Translations under genes and position numbers: made by a program | In this document: in pieces, positions 48,801 through 59,081 of the stretch | Position numbering within the stretch: position 1 is the first letter of the stretch | Layout of the letters: each line of letters begins with the position of its first letter | Assembly: GCA_036266195.1 (NCBI GenBank) | Contig: DATANP010000599.1 | Coordinates: forward strand, 1-59,081 | DNA: 59,081 bases | Source: Thermoanaerobaculia bacterium | Lineage (GTDB): Bacteria > Acidobacteriota > Thermoanaerobaculia > Multivoradales > UBA5704 | Reading direction: 5' to 3' | The notes under the pieces: generated by a model | Told to the model about the DNA's origin: nothing | Databases searched by the model: none | What the model saw: only the letters and a program-made list of their open reading frames with translations

Positions 48801-51800
48801 TCCACGGGACCAAGCCCAAGGTCGCCGACTCCGACTCCGACGGTCTGTCGGACGGCGCCGAGGTGTCGACGCATCACACCGATCCGCTCAAGGCCGACAC
48901 CGACGGCGGCGGCCAGGCGGACGGCGCCGAGGTGAGCGAGGGGAAGAACCCGCTCAGCGCGGCCGACGACGCGGTGTCGCTGCCGCGAAGCCTGACCGAC
49001 GGCTACGGAGCCTCATGGAGCATCCAGCAGGATGGCCGGGCCAACGGTGGTTTCGTGGCCAGCTCCGGCCTCGCGCTGCGCCTCTCCGGCACCCTGTTCC
49101 CCAACTTTACCAAGGCCAGCACGGAGGCCGGCCAGCGCGAGCTGGTGATCGGCCCCTGGGATCGCAACGGGCTCAAGGTGAGCCGCAAGGTGTTCGTGCC
49201 TACGGGCGATCGTTTCGTGCGATTCCTGGAGGTCCTGGAGAACCCGACCGGGCAGGCAATCGAGGCCGAGGTCAAGCTGGCGACGACGCTCGCCAGCGGC
49301 GCGTCGACCCAGGTTGCGAGCACGTCGAGCGGAGACGCGCTCGTCACCCTGGAGGATCGCTCGGTCATCACCGATTGGAATAATGGACCGAGCACCCGGG
49401 CCATTCACGTCTTCGCCGGGTCGACCGGCCGTCTGCGACCCTCGCAGGTGGGCCTCGATCTCTCCACGCTTTCGTTCACCTATCGCGTGACGGTGCCGCC
49501 CGGCGGCCGGGTGATCCTGATGCACTTCGCCGCGGGCGCCAATACCCTGCCGGCCGCGGCTGCGATCGTGGGACAGCTCGACAGCCTGGACGCCTCGGCG
49601 CTGGCCGAGCTGACGCCGGAGGAGCGCGCGGACATCCTCAACTTCCAGGCGCTGCCCGATGCCGACATGGACGGCCTCAGCGACGCCGAGGAGACGGGCC
49701 TTTACGGGACCGATCCGCTCTTCGACGACACCGACGGCGACGGCGTGCTCGACGGCAACGAGGTGCGGCACGGCCTCGACCCGCTCAATCCGGCCGACGG
49801 GACGGCCGACCTCGACGGCGACGGCCTCGACAACGCAGGCGAGCAGCTCGCCGGCACCGACCTGGCCGGCGCGGACACCGACGGCGACGGTCTCACGGAC
49901 GGCGACGAGGTGCTCATCCACGAGACCGATCCCTTCGTCGCCGACACGGATCGCGACGGCCTGAGCGACCTTGCGGAGGTTCAGACCCATCACACCGATC
50001 CGACCTCGCGCGACACCGACGGCGGCGGCCAGACCGACGGCGAGGAGGTCTCGCAGGGCAGGAACCCACTGTCGGCGAGCGACGACCGGCTGTCGCTGCC
50101 TCGGACTCTCAAAGACGGCGATGGCTTCTCCTGGGACGTGCAGCAGGATGGCAGCATCTGGGATGGTAGCAACAACGCCTTCGACGGCGGTTTGAAAGTA
50201 CCCTTCCAGAGCTTCTCCTCAGCGATTCCCGAGAACGGTGGCAGAGAGCTGCTGATCGGGCCGATGACGATCTTCAATAACCTCACGGTCAGCCGCAAGG
50301 TCTTCGTGCCGAGCAACGATGGATGGATCCGGTACCTGGAGATCTACGAAAACCTGACGTCCAGCCCGATTCCCTATCGGGTCAACATCAGTACCAACCT
50401 GGGGTCCGACCCCTGCTGCACCGAGATGGTTGCGACCTCCAACGGCGACAAGGTGCTTGGCTTCGGCGATCGCTGGGTGGTCACCGACGACTACTCCGAC
50501 GGGTCCAGCGAGCCGTCGATCGTGCATGCGTTCGCCGGTGCCGGAGCGCGCCTGCAGCCGTTCTCCGCCTCGCTGATCAACGACAACGTCACGATTACGT
50601 ACGACATCACCGTCCAGCCCTTCCGGCGCGTGATCCTGATGCACTTCGCCTCCCAGGCCAACCTGAAGGCGACGGCGCTCGCGACCGCAGGCGATCTCGA
50701 CGCCCTCCGCGGCTCGGCCCGGGCCGGCATCTCGCCGGAGGAGGCGCGCGATATCGTCAACTTCGCCGTGCCGTCGGACATCGATGACGACGGCCTCTCC
50801 GACCAGGAGGAAGCCGCGCTCGGCACCGATCCGCTGAGCCGCGACACCGACGGCGACGGCCTGCCCGACAAGTACGAGGTCGATCAAGGGCTCGATCCGC
50901 TCGACCCTTCCGACGGTCAGGTCGACACCGATGGCGACGGTCTGAACGATGGCGAGGAGTTCGCCCTCGGGACCGACCCGACCCGGGTGGACACCGACGG
51001 CGACGGCTACTCGGACGACTACGAGGCGGGCCACGGGCTCGATCCGCTCGACCCGACGGACGGCCATGCCGATGCCGACGGCGACGGCCTTGCCGACGGA
51101 CAGGAACAGCTCCTGGGTACCAACCCGCGCGATGCCGATAGCGACGACGACCACCTGCCGGACGGCTATGAGGTCGCCTATGGCCTCAATCCGCTGAACG
51201 CCGCCGATGCGACTCAGGATGCCGACGGCGACGGCCTGACCAACCTCGACGAGCGCGGGCGCGGTACCGATCCGACGATCGCGGACGTCGACCTCGACGG
51301 CTTGAACGACGGCCAGGAGGTCGCACTCGGCACCGACCCGAAGATCGCCGACAGCGATCAGGACGGCCTGAGCGACGGCGCCGAGGTCAACATCCACCAC
51401 ACACAGCCACTCAACCGCGACACCGACGGCGACGGCCAGACCGACGGCTACGAGGTCTCTCACGGGCTCGATCCGCTCGACCCGAGCGACGGTATCGTCG
51501 ACGACGACGGCGACGGTCTCAGCAACATTGAGGAAGGCACCCTGGGGACCGACCCGACCCGGCCGGACACCGACGGCGACGGTTTGAGCGACGGCGCCGA
51601 GGTGCGCACGTACACGACCAACCCGCTGCTCAAGGACACCGACAACGACGGTCTCACGGACGGCGAAGAGGTCAACGTCCATCACACCCTGCCGAAAGTG
51701 GCGGACACCGATCGCGGCGGGCAGACCGACGGCAACGAGTTGGAGGAGGGCACCAACCCGCTGTTCACGGACGACGACAGCTTCCCCATCGCGCTCGAAT

Positions 51801-54800
51801 ACGCGCTGACCGACGCCGGCGGCGTCCGCTGGAACGTGTTCAAGGAAGGTTACGTCTACGGCGGCATCACCACCACGTACGGCCAGCTCTTCCAACTCGA
51901 GCTCAACGGCACCGCGTTCCCCAGCTTTGCCACGGCCTCGCTCATGCGCGACGAGCGCACGCTCGTGATCGGCCCCTGGAAGACGCCGGGAGGCCTCGAG
52001 GTACGGCGCAAGCTCTGGATCCCGAGCGGCGACTCGTTCATCCGGTACCTCGAGATCCTGAAGAACCCCGGCACCACGGACGCCACCGCATCCCTGGTGC
52101 TGCGCGACAGGCTCGACAACCACCGACTGGTGATCTCGACGTCAGACGGCGACCGCTACGCCACGGCGGCGGACGACTGGGTGGTGCTCGACGACTCGCA
52201 GGACAACACAGGCGCTCCGCCGATCGCCCTGGTCTTCTCCGACTCCCTGGGCGACCTGCGTCCGGCGACGGTATCCAAGGTGACGTTCGGGGTGACCGTG
52301 AGGTATGAGATCACCGTGCCGGCCGGGTCGCGGGTCATCGTCCTCCACTTCGGCGCGCTTCGCACGGCTCGCTCCCAAGCTGCCACCATGGCCGCCGTGC
52401 TGCGCGACCTCGCGGGCTCGGCCCAGACGGGGCTCACGCCGGCCGAGCGGCGGCAGATCTTGAACTTCTTTGCCCAGCTCGACAGCGACGGCGACAAGGT
52501 GAGCGACGAGGAGGAGGCCGCGCTGGGCACCGATCCGCACGATGCCGACAGCGACGACGATAGCTTCGCCGATGGCTACGAGCTGGCCAACGGCCTCGAT
52601 CCGGGCGTGGCGAACGATCCGGCGGCCGATCGCGACGGCGACGGCCTGACGGAGAGCCAGGAGCTCGCCCGGGGCCTCGATCCGCGCAAGGCCGACACGG
52701 ATGGTGACGGGCTTTCCGACGGCGCCGAGGTCACAACCCACGGCACCGACCCGCTCAAGCCCGACGGCGACGGCGACGGCCTTCTGGATGGCGCCGAGGT
52801 GACCTACGGCACCGATCCGTTCAAGGTCGATACAGATAACGGCGGCCGGAGCGATGGCGAGGAGGTCCACTTCGACGGCACCGATCCGCTGGATGCCGCC
52901 GAGGAGGTGCTGCCGCTCGATCTCGGGTCCCCGAACGGTCTCACCTCGCCGCGGGTGACGGTGGACTCTGCCGGCAACATACATCTGGTCTGGATCCAGT
53001 ACCAAACGGTCACGCAGGGGAATTGCGACGGACTGGCCTATCGGATGCTCTCCCCGTCCGGCGCCACCCTGATCGACTCCACGCTGCTCAGCCCTGGGAC
53101 GTGTGTCGGTCCGAAAACGCCGGTGGTGGCCGCCGATGCGCAAGGTTTCATCCATATCGCCTGGATCGACTACCAGGGCATCCGCTACCTGCGGCTCGAC
53201 CCCACACGCGACGACCGCGACGGCTCTCCCGCCGAGGCTGCGCAGATCACCGTGGTACCGGCTGCGACGGTCTCGGGTGTGTCCGCGGCGGGCTACCAGG
53301 ACGGGCTCGCTGTCAGCGTCGGCGCAGCCGGCGAGGTCCACCTCGCCTGGCGCGATTCCCCGAATGAGGTCCACTACGCCCGCCTGGCGGTCGACGGCAC
53401 GGTGGCCGTGGCCGACCGGCTCGTCGGAAACATCCAGGGAATCCAGAGCGACCTTCCCCTGGGCCTGGCGGCGGACACGAACGGCGACGCGCACCTCGCC
53501 GCCACGGTATGGCCAAGCGGCGGCGCCAGATCGATCCGCTACTGGATGCTCGATCGCTCGACCGGGGTGACGCGCATTGCCGCCACCGACATAACCCCGG
53601 GCAGCGGCGCCGCGGTGGGCTATCCGACCCTGGGCGCGCTCGCGGGCGGCAGGATCGAGCTCATCTATGTGAAAGGCAATGATGACTTCGAGATCTACTC
53701 GAAGGGCGGCAGCTATCCTGACGTCTTCCGTCTGGTCCTCGATCCGGCGCAGGACGACCGCAACGGCGACGCGGCCGATCCGGCGCGCATCGTCGTCGCG
53801 GGCCCCCTTCCGTTCTCGCCCGGACCGCCAGCCGCCTCCATCGGGTCCACGGCCGCGTTCAACCGCGGACTCACGGCGGCGGTCTGGACCGAGCTCGATC
53901 CCGACGGTCTGCAGGTGCTGTTCGCTCGCGGGCTTGACGCGAGCGGTGCCGAGGTCGTGCCATACCAGCCTGTTACCAACAAGGCTGTCTCGCGGCTCAC
54001 CGTGCCTGCTGTCTTCTTCGGCACCGTGCGGCTGCCCTGGTTGCGGAGCACGCCATCATTTACCAACGCCTTGATGCTTTCGACCCTCAACCCGGACGGC
54101 GACGGCGACGGTCTGCCCAATCTCGACGAGAACGCCCGCGGCACCAACCGCCGCGATCCGGACACCGACGACGACGGCATGCCGGACGGCTATGAGGTCC
54201 TCAACGGCTTCGATCCGAAGAACGCCGCGGACGGCGCTCGCGACGAGGACGGCGACGGCCTGATCAACACCGACGAGGAAGAAGCGGGCAGCAACCCATT
54301 CGCCCCGGATACCGACGGCGACGGGCTCACCGACGGAGCCGAGGTCCACCAGCATGGGACCGATCCGACAAAGGCGGACACCGACGGCGACGGTCTGACC
54401 GACCGCGACGAGATCGCCGTCCATGGCACCGATCCGACAAAGGCCGACACCGACGGCGACCTGCTTCCCGACGGCTACGAGATCGCCAACGGCCTCGATC
54501 CGAAGAACGCGGCCGACGGCAACGTTGACAGCGACGGCGACGGCCTCACGCTCGGCGAGGAGCACCGGGTGGGAACCGATCCGACGGATCCCGACACTGA
54601 CGACGACCGCCTCACCGACGGCAACGAGGTGCACGCGCGCGGCACCGATCCGACCAGAGCGGATACCGACGGCGACGCGCTCTCCGACGGCGATGAGGTC
54701 GAGATCCACGGCACCGATCCGCTGAAGGCGGACACCGACGGCGGCGGCGAGAAGGACGGCTCCGAGATCGCCGCCGGCAGGAACCCGCACGACGCGGTGG

Positions 54801-57550
54801 ACGATGTCTTCCAAGTCGACCTGCCCTACGAGCTGACGGACGGAGACGGCTATCGCTGGGATGTCTCGACCACGGGCGAGATCAACTCGGGCACGGACTT
54901 CGCCTTCTATGGCGGCCTCGAGCTGGCGATGAACGGGGAATACTTCCCGGGCTTCAGCACCGGGACGCTGCGCAAGAACCACCGCGAGTTGGAAATCGGG
55001 CCCTGGTCCTCCGCCGGTCTGCTGGTGACGCGGAAGCTGTTCGTGCCCGACGACGACGGTCTGGTGCGTTACCTGGAGATCCTGGACAACCCGGGGGCTG
55101 CCAGCACTACAGTCATCGTGACCATTCCGTCCTACTTGAACTCGTACACCGATACGGTCGTGCTCCGGACATCCAGCGGCGACCTGGTGTTGAGCCCGGC
55201 CGACGACTGGCTGGCCACGGACGACTCCGCGGATGGCACCGGGAGGCCGGCCCTGGGCTTCGCCTTCTCCGGCGCCGGAGCGGCGGTGCAGCCGATCACC
55301 GCCTCGCTCGCCTCGGATGGGCAGCTTGCCATCCAGTTCCAGGTCACGGTGCCGGCCGGTGGACGCGCGATCCTGATGCACTTCGCCGTGCAGAACCACG
55401 ACCGCGCAACCGTCCTGGCCGCGGCGCAGGCGCTGGCTGCGCAAAGCGGATCGGCCCTGTCCGGGCTTACGGCCGCGGACCGCCCGAAGATCGTCAACTT
55501 CGTAGTGCCCACGGCGGCCTCCGCCTCGCTCGGCCAACTCCAGGCCGACGAAGTGGATCCGACCGGCGAGATCTCAGTCGATCTGCCCTATGAGCTGACC
55601 GACGGGGAGAATCACCGCTGGGACGTCATGCGGACGGGTGGAGTCAACAGCGGCACCGACGTCGCCTTCTACGGTGCCTTCGAGCTGGCTGTGGACGGGG
55701 TACCCTTCCCGCAACTCGAGACCGGCATGCTGCGCAAGGGACGGCGCGAGTTGGAGCTCGGTCCCTGGGCCGCTTCCGGTCTGCGCGTGACGCGAAGGGT
55801 ATACGTGCCGGAAGACGACAGTCTGGTGCGCTACCTCGAGGTTCTGGACAACCCGGGCACCGCCGACACGACGGTCACGGTGGCGGTCCAGTCCAATCTG
55901 AGCTCGATGGGCGATACGGTCGTGCTCAGCACCTCGAGCGGCGACCTGGTTCTGAACAAGGCGGATGACTGGCTGGCGACCGGCACCGCGGAAAGCTCCG
56001 GGAAATCGGCCCTGGCGTTCGCGTTCTCCGGGGGAACCGCGGGGTTGCAGCCGAGCCGGGCTTCGCTCACGTCGGACGGCGAGCTCACACTTGAATTCCG
56101 GGTCACGGTGCCGGCTGGCGGAAGAGCGATCCTGATGCACTTTGCGGCGCAGAAGCCGGACCGCGTCGCCGCCGTCGCCGCTGCCCAGGCGCTGGCCCTG
56201 CTGAGGGGGGCGACACTGGCTCAAATCCCGGCGGAGGACCTCCCGCGGATTGTGAACTTCGCGATCCCCGCGGGCGCTTCCGTGCTGGTCGACCGCCGGA
56301 TCGATCCGGACGGCGACACAGTGCCGGGCCATATCCAGATGCCGCGCCGTGGGGACGCGGTGATCGATTGGAACAACGTGACGCTCGAAGCCATCCGGAT
56401 CGACAGGACGGCCCCGCCGCGGGCGAGCCGGGCGCTTGCGTGCGTCCATACGGCGATCTTCGACGCGGTGAACGGCGCTGTGGGCGGCGCCTATGAGCCC
56501 TATCTCGTGGCCCCCGCCGAGCTCGGCTCACCCGTTTCTCCCGAGATCGCGGCCGCGGCTGCGGCTCACGAGACCCTGATCCACCTGTTCCCGGCGCAGA
56601 AAGCCCGGCTCAATGCCGCTCTGGCGGCCTCCCTGGCGGCCGCTCCGGACGGTCCCGAGAAGAGCTCCGCGATCACCTGGGGAAGGAAGGTGGCGAGGAC
56701 GATCATGGCGGCGCGCCAAAAGGACGGTGCGGACAAGACGGTGGACTACGAGGCTCAGGCCGGACTCAGCCTGTGGCAGCCGACGCCGCCCGGATTCTTC
56801 TCAGCCCTGCTGCCGCAATGGAGCTTCGTGAAGCCCTGGGCCATGATTCATCCAGCCCAGTTCCGCCAGGGTCCGCCGCCCTCCCTGCTGAGCGAGGAGT
56901 ACACCCGGTCGTTCCATGAGGTGGAGCGCCTCGGCGGGATTGACAGCCAGGACCGCACTCCCGAGCAGTCCGAGATCGCCCTGTTCTGGGCGGACGGTCC
57001 CGGTACCGCCACGCCGCCTGGCCACTGGCACGTCATTGCGCAGGCCATTTCCGAGGCCAGAGGCCTCAGCCTGCTCGAGAACGCAAGGCTGTTTGCCCTG
57101 CTCGCCATCACCAACGCCGACGCCGCCATCGTCTCCTGGGATCACAAGTACTACTATAGCCACTGGCGTCCCGTGACAGCCATCCGAATGGCCGAAGCCG
57201 ACGGCAATCCCGATACCGCCGCGGACGCCGACTGGACCCCGTATCTCCCGACGCCGCCGTTCCCGACCTACACCTCCGGTCACAGCACCTTCAGCGGCTC
57301 CAGCGCCCGGCTGCTGGAGCTGTTCTTCGGCACCGACAGGATCCCCTTCAGGACGAGCTCCGATGGCCTGCCGGGAGCACAGCGTTCGTTCACTCGCCTC
57401 TCCACCGCCGGCGAGGAGGCCGGACAGAGCCGGATCTATGGCGGCATCCATTGGCAGTACGACAACCAGGCCGGTCTGGCAAGCGGCCGCGCGCTCGCCG
57501 AGTATGTCTACCTCAACTTCCTAACCCCCAAGGGGGGGCTGTCGAAATGA
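36809..57550 (+). CDS. Giant secreted multidomain protein (6913 aa): Big_2, TSP3-like Ca-binding repeats, many CarboxypepD_reg-like domains, Ig-like repeats, VWA, IPT/TIG, ten copies of an unrecognised domain, propeller-like region, C-terminal PAP2/vanadium-haloperoxidase-like domain
   Basis: Uninterrupted 20.7-kb frame with GAGGAG 11 nt upstream of ATG. Signal peptide is [22 protein letters not shown]. Dozens of D.D.DG..D..E repeats. VWA segment ([10 protein letters not shown]...VVSYSTSA...IHTFAVGFG). PAP2 motifs at the C-terminus. Confidence 0.9.
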   Translation: MPNKGIWNSLMDRRQVGLFCLATAFLLAFAGPAAAQAGPSCTASLLNRTVVPAEDGSFFFTGIPAELGLFRVRLACEGSGVSYGQSGLFSFIPNSFVLIGPIQFGDVSPIPVALEISATKTTLRQLNETVQLRVDGIIADGRLIDMTSSEGGTVYMSSNEQLATVSRDGLVTARARGTVFITVRREGVIGAIQIDLNIPADVDGDGMSDEFETLNGLDPSDPTDALEDPDGDGLSNLQEFQLGTSVDSDDSDGDGIFDGEEVAIGTLPANPDTDGDGLMDGDEIVRQTNALSADSDGDRILDGLEVDLGTNPLVPNATTTVVGQVVDDIGSAVPGAAAVAFGRLVATSGFGGEFLLANVPADQGNLVIFSRLIRDSQVLDGRSQPTPPAAGGITDVGIIRLGEISGRLTGRVLDPRGNTVAGARVTVLTGVDRRQVNTDVTGFYEMDRLPPGPIQVQALDPRTSLRGRTLGELADNSSANLDVRLGASGDFVGTVFQRDGETLVGAGVDVMARSRSYFQQAETDGSGSYKLEFVPLGAYTLDGNDDQGNRARTTSSIEFTSQVVRADLGFLGRGRVTGKVENTAGQAVAGAQVRTSSRGIFDQVLTATSGPDGRFTIDGVFVGELTVSANDPATGNAAATSAEIRFDGDSEDVTLVLRSTGAVTGTVFEVDGTTVVPGATVRASGLGRTTTTNNAGVYLFDQAPEGTYTSLSATKPNGDCGANEVIIPGPGPAAVRNIVLHGFGSLIVTVRYADSVPVVDTTVSLSPKDGTCGPSRSAKTDAFGVARFTDINAGRFDLGVGEPICGLGRSSEVSVSAGTTGQANVTFPPFGGIGGRVFRPDGVTPIPNMRVKLSSKSTATDLSGSFHFACVVAGTYDLEALDNSSTVLARATGVSLERQAQEVRRDLVIVKRGTVEGTVLDPNGNPAVGVAVSVGSPGPSRSVRTDATGFYRATGVFAGHVQVTARDGNFEGRGEGEITEEGQVITIDVQMEGDQVLAQLYDANNYFYPIQYPNGSILDGTLDLFRGNGDKNRGGFRLELGQAGTFHPFQATTSAIGLQGREVLLSGGDASGLTVSRRVFVPVEGYFSRYLEILSNPTANPITVDVGVSSFFRFVRNVQDGATFTDPPEIFGTSSGDNRLVAGGSSPDRWAIIDVQLPDRSTLRTLYPTAAHVFDGDGGSRAANAATFDVDFGAQYGRLRTVWSGVTVPPGKTVVLLHFGVQETGFLAARAAAARLVQLPPEALDGLTVEQIDAIANFAVPAGGGSNLAPLPALDGTATGTVFETNGTTPVPGAPVRLRSNNPIFQRLLQVRSDSGGRYQVRTVFNNSGGSVVVPRDAFTVDADHPVSRVKSPPYVGEFAGGSATATRDIVFTDTSTVTGTVRRANGEVVSNGSVRLTGFQALIALTANLPTDGTFRFEGLPPGSYTVVVTQPHPQGSGLSAAVSATVTAGGQTVVANVTFPATGRVEGVVRAGEGFPVVAHLVELLAPSFRREMYTDTAGRYVFNDAPVGTYTVRSLEPGTKLPATIQVTVTADQTEVRDIQFRGFGIVVVQASYAGGAPVDGAPVQIRSHPLGTFYSGAGKTDADGRREIEDVPVGAFTVQARHPGNVDLITQVSGEIATARQVVVVPMTILADNPPTVALTAPIAGAQVLEGTVVTLQAIAGDDYRVQKVDFLAGGKVVGTATTSPYSVPFIALALSGGNEIELRAVATDNAGQQTLSQPVRLRVTHDATPPIVNFARPSAGASFVEGTTLTVEVIAVDDAGIDRVEFFVQGTRFQIVKSAPFIANLTLPSDAAPSGPVSVPISATAYDRAGNPTTRTISIVATPDAPPTISIKQAPPSGSDVLERTTLVLEANASDDIGVEVDLLLDGEVIGTRSNAPFRFEYRVPDADAVSEPLRFVLRAVDTISQTAVTPLISLRVVDQKAPEIQLTSPTVGQEFYEGDNVRITATVTDVNPITGVEIFFDGASLGVLTAPPYQIDYRMTAGSDLSQVEIRVTATNSIGLTGEKKINVVRRADEEPPFVALTAPKPGTVVTLGETDVTILIDTSATTSQTTGRDADGDGSTDTILRSEVLAARELLNLISPVTSKAAVVSYSTSASLWTGLTNDFTTVQNALTTIRTLTPSGTPDFSAPLRTATDQLGGTAARREARSIQFLFGHGTGGFPAAEVQRAIDAGVVIHTFAVGFGADAALYRAIAEATGGVFTAVNDPRDLREVLPDFLAFGVDSLALAAEANDNRAMAQVAFRVRSADGTIDQTLVDSEAPYAASFSLTSLGAATELLVTATAKDVAGNERTTLAVNATVLPGSNPPQLVRIQPPAGRSGDKVHVLGRFLHPNQSNNAITFGALPATSISGNKFDIEVTVPAITGNVPVKLAIGTLTTNEILFRIDRDGDGLADDDEAARGTNPTVADTDGDGVKDGDEVNVYGSNPLSTDSDGDGLSDGFEVRYFFDPTVAGEQSADSDGDGLTNLEEQTAGTDPRKTDTDGDGLTDGAEVRTHHTDPTRQDTDGGGRTDSQELGEGTDPLNPADDLPTVTLPYILMDAGGYRWDVQGNGTISDGTNNAFDGAFDASFSFSSVVFAENDRRELIFGPQTSNGVKRTRKVFVPSDDSFVRYLEIFENTATSERQWTLTVFTNVGSDSLTEVLTTSSGDSTLDLADDYMVTDNNGDGFGSPAVAQVFAGPNARLRPSQFGFWFTNKDLSRFEYTLRIPAGQRAIVMHFGSQSTMRAGALASAGNLRALRGSALAGLTPAEQADIVNFFAYPDADLDGISDAEEATLGTDPNDADSDDDGLSDGDEVKNGFDPKNPADAVTDPDGDGLDNVAELQRGTDPRNPDTDADGLTDGDEVESRGTDPLKADTDADGLTDGAEVNVHHTDPLDSDTDNGGKADGAEVTDKTNPLNAADDTVPLPRTLTDNAGFLWDIQTYGGIGDGSADAFDDAFGLNVDNGPNQTFSKALTEAEVRELVLGPWSQSSGLKVRRKVFVPANDALVRYLEILENPGTSDIETVVQIFTNLGTDSTNTKVVLTSSGDLTLTKQDRWIITDDSDGTVRPAVTLLFAGANARVRPDTATLTGDSFMVAYRVKVPAGGRSILMHFATQRTRQNEALLSAQAVSALGGQALAALDPAEQADIVNFFAFPDADQDGLSDADESSRGTDPNDADSDDDGLLDGFETKNGFDPRTAGEAGADPDGDGRTNLDEQQAGTDPNDADSDDDGASDGVEATAGSDPLDRDTDRDGLLDGAEIGIFHSDPNRTDSDAGGRTDGQEVLEDGTNPVDASDDAVSRFNFNLSDSGGTQWDLAGDASNYVTSVLSSAARLLITKLPITFASSLSYGSFFYPDIGEGRRELRTAPEQVQGITITRKFFVPANDAFIRYLEIVENPTASDLQVRLSLYSGLDSSTVIQLLATSSGDLTVTLRDRSLVVDDQDGKTDPRVLHVFAGPNGRVFPSQVKVSTEQFSNEDVRYDFDLTIPPGGRRIVMHFLSLRPDLASAVTQAGRLEALLGSALVGLSPSEQADIVNFYAYLDTDLDGLSDAEEAARGTNPNNPDSDGDGVRDGIEVRHGNDPLSPADGSTDSDGDGLSDAGEQTAGTNPDDPDTEHDGLADGPEVLTYGSDPFVADSDLDGITDGEEVAVHGTHPAKADTDGGGRNDGDEILRDETNPLDPADDSTARTLPVTLLDGGGLKWDVQTSGIIRLGDSGAFGSGGGGYQLRVSGTSFPGSGEALTTLAGRQLAIGPWRRQDGLEVRRRVFVPADDRFIRYLEIFENNGGDPLAITAEIRSDLGSSTGTRLIVESSRDGLLGLDDNYLVTDDAGDGTFFGKPAITHVWAGPGGRIRPALVSLTSSGRFTFRYDFTVPPGERVILMHFGAQNKVRASAVFKAPDLERLRGAAILGLTADEQADIVNFFAYPDADSDGLSDADEQAHGTDPNNADTDGDGIKDGREVENGLDPLNAVDGAADRDADGLSNAAEEAAGTLISDPDTDDDGLTDGAEVNVHGTKPKVADSDSDGLSDGAEVSTHHTDPLKADTDGGGQADGAEVSEGKNPLSAADDAVSLPRSLTDGYGASWSIQQDGRANGGFVASSGLALRLSGTLFPNFTKASTEAGQRELVIGPWDRNGLKVSRKVFVPTGDRFVRFLEVLENPTGQAIEAEVKLATTLASGASTQVASTSSGDALVTLEDRSVITDWNNGPSTRAIHVFAGSTGRLRPSQVGLDLSTLSFTYRVTVPPGGRVILMHFAAGANTLPAAAAIVGQLDSLDASALAELTPEERADILNFQALPDADMDGLSDAEETGLYGTDPLFDDTDGDGVLDGNEVRHGLDPLNPADGTADLDGDGLDNAGEQLAGTDLAGADTDGDGLTDGDEVLIHETDPFVADTDRDGLSDLAEVQTHHTDPTSRDTDGGGQTDGEEVSQGRNPLSASDDRLSLPRTLKDGDGFSWDVQQDGSIWDGSNNAFDGGLKVPFQSFSSAIPENGGRELLIGPMTIFNNLTVSRKVFVPSNDGWIRYLEIYENLTSSPIPYRVNISTNLGSDPCCTEMVATSNGDKVLGFGDRWVVTDDYSDGSSEPSIVHAFAGAGARLQPFSASLINDNVTITYDITVQPFRRVILMHFASQANLKATALATAGDLDALRGSARAGISPEEARDIVNFAVPSDIDDDGLSDQEEAALGTDPLSRDTDGDGLPDKYEVDQGLDPLDPSDGQVDTDGDGLNDGEEFALGTDPTRVDTDGDGYSDDYEAGHGLDPLDPTDGHADADGDGLADGQEQLLGTNPRDADSDDDHLPDGYEVAYGLNPLNAADATQDADGDGLTNLDERGRGTDPTIADVDLDGLNDGQEVALGTDPKIADSDQDGLSDGAEVNIHHTQPLNRDTDGDGQTDGYEVSHGLDPLDPSDGIVDDDGDGLSNIEEGTLGTDPTRPDTDGDGLSDGAEVRTYTTNPLLKDTDNDGLTDGEEVNVHHTLPKVADTDRGGQTDGNELEEGTNPLFTDDDSFPIALEYALTDAGGVRWNVFKEGYVYGGITTTYGQLFQLELNGTAFPSFATASLMRDERTLVIGPWKTPGGLEVRRKLWIPSGDSFIRYLEILKNPGTTDATASLVLRDRLDNHRLVISTSDGDRYATAADDWVVLDDSQDNTGAPPIALVFSDSLGDLRPATVSKVTFGVTVRYEITVPAGSRVIVLHFGALRTARSQAATMAAVLRDLAGSAQTGLTPAERRQILNFFAQLDSDGDKVSDEEEAALGTDPHDADSDDDSFADGYELANGLDPGVANDPAADRDGDGLTESQELARGLDPRKADTDGDGLSDGAEVTTHGTDPLKPDGDGDGLLDGAEVTYGTDPFKVDTDNGGRSDGEEVHFDGTDPLDAAEEVLPLDLGSPNGLTSPRVTVDSAGNIHLVWIQYQTVTQGNCDGLAYRMLSPSGATLIDSTLLSPGTCVGPKTPVVAADAQGFIHIAWIDYQGIRYLRLDPTRDDRDGSPAEAAQITVVPAATVSGVSAAGYQDGLAVSVGAAGEVHLAWRDSPNEVHYARLAVDGTVAVADRLVGNIQGIQSDLPLGLAADTNGDAHLAATVWPSGGARSIRYWMLDRSTGVTRIAATDITPGSGAAVGYPTLGALAGGRIELIYVKGNDDFEIYSKGGSYPDVFRLVLDPAQDDRNGDAADPARIVVAGPLPFSPGPPAASIGSTAAFNRGLTAAVWTELDPDGLQVLFARGLDASGAEVVPYQPVTNKAVSRLTVPAVFFGTVRLPWLRSTPSFTNALMLSTLNPDGDGDGLPNLDENARGTNRRDPDTDDDGMPDGYEVLNGFDPKNAADGARDEDGDGLINTDEEEAGSNPFAPDTDGDGLTDGAEVHQHGTDPTKADTDGDGLTDRDEIAVHGTDPTKADTDGDLLPDGYEIANGLDPKNAADGNVDSDGDGLTLGEEHRVGTDPTDPDTDDDRLTDGNEVHARGTDPTRADTDGDALSDGDEVEIHGTDPLKADTDGGGEKDGSEIAAGRNPHDAVDDVFQVDLPYELTDGDGYRWDVSTTGEINSGTDFAFYGGLELAMNGEYFPGFSTGTLRKNHRELEIGPWSSAGLLVTRKLFVPDDDGLVRYLEILDNPGAASTTVIVTIPSYLNSYTDTVVLRTSSGDLVLSPADDWLATDDSADGTGRPALGFAFSGAGAAVQPITASLASDGQLAIQFQVTVPAGGRAILMHFAVQNHDRATVLAAAQALAAQSGSALSGLTAADRPKIVNFVVPTAASASLGQLQADEVDPTGEISVDLPYELTDGENHRWDVMRTGGVNSGTDVAFYGAFELAVDGVPFPQLETGMLRKGRRELELGPWAASGLRVTRRVYVPEDDSLVRYLEVLDNPGTADTTVTVAVQSNLSSMGDTVVLSTSSGDLVLNKADDWLATGTAESSGKSALAFAFSGGTAGLQPSRASLTSDGELTLEFRVTVPAGGRAILMHFAAQKPDRVAAVAAAQALALLRGATLAQIPAEDLPRIVNFAIPAGASVLVDRRIDPDGDTVPGHIQMPRRGDAVIDWNNVTLEAIRIDRTAPPRASRALACVHTAIFDAVNGAVGGAYEPYLVAPAELGSPVSPEIAAAAAAHETLIHLFPAQKARLNAALAASLAAAPDGPEKSSAITWGRKVARTIMAARQKDGADKTVDYEAQAGLSLWQPTPPGFFSALLPQWSFVKPWAMIHPAQFRQGPPPSLLSEEYTRSFHEVERLGGIDSQDRTPEQSEIALFWADGPGTATPPGHWHVIAQAISEARGLSLLENARLFALLAITNADAAIVSWDHKYYYSHWRPVTAIRMAEADGNPDTAADADWTPYLPTPPFPTYTSGHSTFSGSSARLLELFFGTDRIPFRTSSDGLPGAQRSFTRLSTAGEEAGQSRIYGGIHWQYDNQAGLASGRALAEYVYLNFLTPKGGLSK
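43980..52500 (+). repeat. In-frame super-repeat region of the giant ORF: alternating TSP3-like repeat clusters and an unrecognised ~240-aa domain
   Basis: The R-Y/F-L-E codon landmark recurs at 44651, 45788, 46934, 48092, 49220 and 50330 (spacings 1137, 1146, 1158, 1128, 1110 nt), then at 52043. Confidence 0.85.
56360..57547 (+). other. PAP2 / vanadium-dependent haloperoxidase-like catalytic domain at the C-terminus of the giant ORF
   Basis: All three PAP2 motifs are in order: K-x6-RP (KYYYSHWRP, 57146-57172), SGH (57275-57283) and SR-x5-H-x3-D ([12 protein letters not shown], 57428-57463). Confidence 0.75.
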
Positions 57551-57556
57551 GACGAG

Positions 57557-58276
57557 CTACTCGGGCCGGGACACACAACACCGGCAACGCGGTTCACCAG
57601 CTACATCTCGAACCGCACCCCCACTTCCACTGCGCGTCCGATGAGCGGCCCCCAAACGTCCGTCGTCCAGCGGTCGAGAGCCGTAGGTCGAGGCAGCAGG
57701 AGTGGGTCGTGGCAGCTCGTCTACGAGCACCCGCGTGTAGCGGCCGCGCAGTCCGCGCAGGCGCAGTCCAACTCCATCGTGGGTAGGCGCCGTTGTCTCC
57801 ATGTGCAGCCCGGGCAGCTCAGCAAACAGCGTCGTCAGGTTGCCCGGCGCCATGGTGAGGTTCTCTTCTACTTCCTCCTGCGGCAATGCCTCAACGTGCA
57901 GTGGCTGGTCTTCGAGCACGGCGCCTGTGCGGGTGGCGGCGACGACCGTGACCTCGCTCTCGAAGCTGAGGCGGCGTAACTGCACGTCTATGACCGCGGT
58001 CTGTCCGGCGATCACGCTCACCGACAATCGCGCCGGCTCGTATGCCTCGCGTTCCACGGTGATGACCTGGCTGCCCGCCGGAAGCTCCAGCTTGCCGATC
58101 CCTCGCTTGTCCGTGACCGTGGCGGTGGCCCCAGCGGCGGCAGCTGCGTTCGCGACCGGGGATGGCCCGCTGCGCACATGAAGCTCGACGGTACCTCCGC
58201 CGTTCTGCGCGCGAAGCGACGGCGCGAGCGCCAGCGCTAGGACACCGACGACCATTCGATACGCGACCTGGCTCAT
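57557..58276 (-). pseudogene. TonB-dependent receptor remnant (signal peptide, CarboxypepD_reg-like domain and part of the plug only; barrel missing)
   Basis: Start ATG 58276 with signal peptide MSQVAYRMVVGVLALALAPSLRAQ. Then ...EVTVVAATRTG...LPGLHMETTAP...GLRLRGLRGRYTRVLVD is plug-like, after which similarity is lost. Another frame ends ...GRAVEVGVRFEM* (stop at 57601-57603), which resembles a receptor C-terminal strand. Confidence 0.6.
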
Positions 58277-58380
58277 CGCACATCTCCCGCTACATCGTAC
58301 GAATTGGAACTCCCTCCTGTCCTGGCTGCGGGAGGTCCAGGCCTGGAGCGAGAATGGCAGCGACATGGTATTCTGAACCC

Positions 58381-58638
58381 ATGACGACTACCATTGACAA
58401 GGCGGGACGCGTGGTCATTCCCGCCGAGGTACGAAAGAGGCTCGGTCTCACCGCTGGTACAGAGTTGGAGATGGTCATTGAAGGCTTCGCCCTGCGCCTC
58501 GTTCGGGCGGTGGCCGGCCCTCAACTCGTCCGGCGTGGCGAGCGTCTGGTTGCCCGCCCTCGGGCCACGGAGGGACAGCGTACCGAGATCGACGTGGCAC
58601 GGTTGATCGAGGAGGAGCGGGACCGGTGGCCAGCCTGA
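58381..58638 (+). CDS. vapB: AbrB/SpoVT/MazE-fold antitoxin (VapB-like)
   Basis: MTTTIDKAGRVVIPAEVRKRLGLTAGTELEMVIEG is the SpoVT-AbrB swapped-hairpin signature. 85 aa, and it overlaps the following PIN gene. Confidence 0.8.
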   Translation: MTTTIDKAGRVVIPAEVRKRLGLTAGTELEMVIEGFALRLVRAVAGPQLVRRGERLVARPRATEGQRTEIDVARLIEEERDRWPA

Positions 58639-59081
58639 CGGGGATCTTCTTCGACACCAGTGTGCTCATCGCCGGAACGATCGATTTTGGTCACAGCTCG
58701 CAACACGCCTTGCTGCTGATGGATGCGGTGGCGGATGGCCGGATCGAGCGCCCGCTGACGGCGTGGCACTGCTGCCTCGAGTTCTATTCGGTGACAACAC
58801 GTCTGCCCGAAGAATATCGTCTCGAGCCGGAGACCGCCCTCCGGCTTCTCCGAGAGGAGATTCTCGCGCGGTTCTCGGTCCACGACCTTCAGGCGGAGCT
58901 CAGGGAGGAATTCCTCGTTTCTTCCGCGGGAGAGGGAACGACGGGCGGCAGGATTTACGATTCGCACATCGCTGAGATCGCGCGACAGGCTGGCGCGCGG
59001 CTCGTGGCCACCGAAAACCGTCGCCACTTCACCCCTCTGCTGCGCCATGGCATCCGCGTGCTGGTCAGCGCCGAGTTGGTC
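58626..59081 (+). CDS. vapC: PIN-domain toxin (VapC-like), 3' end beyond the window
   Basis: My own translation from GTG 58626 gives VASLTGIFFDTSVLIAG...RIYDSHIAEIARQAGARLVATENRRHF, with acidic residues in PIN positions. The frame is open to the window end. It is absent from the ORF track because there is no stop. Confidence 0.75.
   Translation, partial: MASLTGIFFDTSVLIAGTIDFGHSSQHALLLMDAVADGRIERPLTAWHCCLEFYSVTTRLPEEYRLEPETALRLLREEILARFSVHDLQAELREEFLVSSAGEGTTGGRIYDSHIAEIARQAGARLVATENRRHFTPLLRHGIRVLVSAELV

Noticed and set aside
36806-57451. Series of long minus-strand ORFs (36806-40843, 41657-43747, 43778-46561, 46748-48877, 50219-52123, 52142-53494, 54056-55537 and others)
   Set aside because: All are antisense to the single 6913-aa ORF. 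That ORF has domain content that is recognisable and periodic along its whole length.
58290-58380. Promoter for vapB (extended -10-like TGGTATTCT at 58364-58372)
   Set aside because: No acceptable -35 box lies at 16-18 nt spacing, and the -10 is only ~8 nt from the ATG. The evidence is too weak to report as a feature.

Overview
GC-rich bacterial chromosomal window. I recognised no rRNA, tRNA, CRISPR array, integrase or transposase by eye. The domain repertoire resembles Acidobacteriota or Myxococcota genomes, but the taxon cannot be determined from this window. There are five blocks. (1) 95-17210 (+) is the distal half of a phage-tail-like contractile injection system of the eCIS type. It runs DUF4255 protein, tube-initiator-like and LysM-like proteins, gpD-like, gpV/VgrG-like spike, gp25/GPW, two baseplate-J-like proteins, a gpI-like protein, a repeat-containing fibre, then a 1083-aa DUF4157 (HExxH) protein that also carries a metallo-beta-lactamase HxHxDH motif and is probably the cargo. 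Sheath, tube and ATPase genes are not in the window and are presumably upstream. (2) 17227-23719 holds a DinB-family gene, a convergent AlbA_2/Schlafen-type ATPase-like gene, a striking array of 26 tandem 20-21-bp repeats, a small zinc-ribbon membrane protein, a secreted GH13 isoamylase with a CBM20 tail, and an orphan ORF. (3) 23733-36695 holds two paralogous ~1700-aa secreted Ig-repeat proteins. They share a promoter, a 5' leader and about 1160 N-terminal residues, then switch to unrelated, lower-GC C-termini. Each is followed by its own signal-peptide gene, and a truncated remnant of one partner gene sits at the duplication junction. This looks like a polymorphic toxin/immunity-style cassette system and is my top candidate for something new. 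(4) 36809-57550 is a single 6913-aa ORF. It contains ten copies of an unrecognised ~240-aa domain, six of them in a regular ~1.14-kb super-repeat with thrombospondin-type-3-like Ca-binding repeats, and it ends in a PAP2/vanadium-haloperoxidase-like catalytic domain. (5) The right edge has a gutted TonB-dependent receptor remnant and a vapBC-type toxin-antitoxin pair that runs off the window. Most long antisense ORFs in the track are GC-rich shadow frames. All family assignments come from motif recognition by eye; no searches were run.
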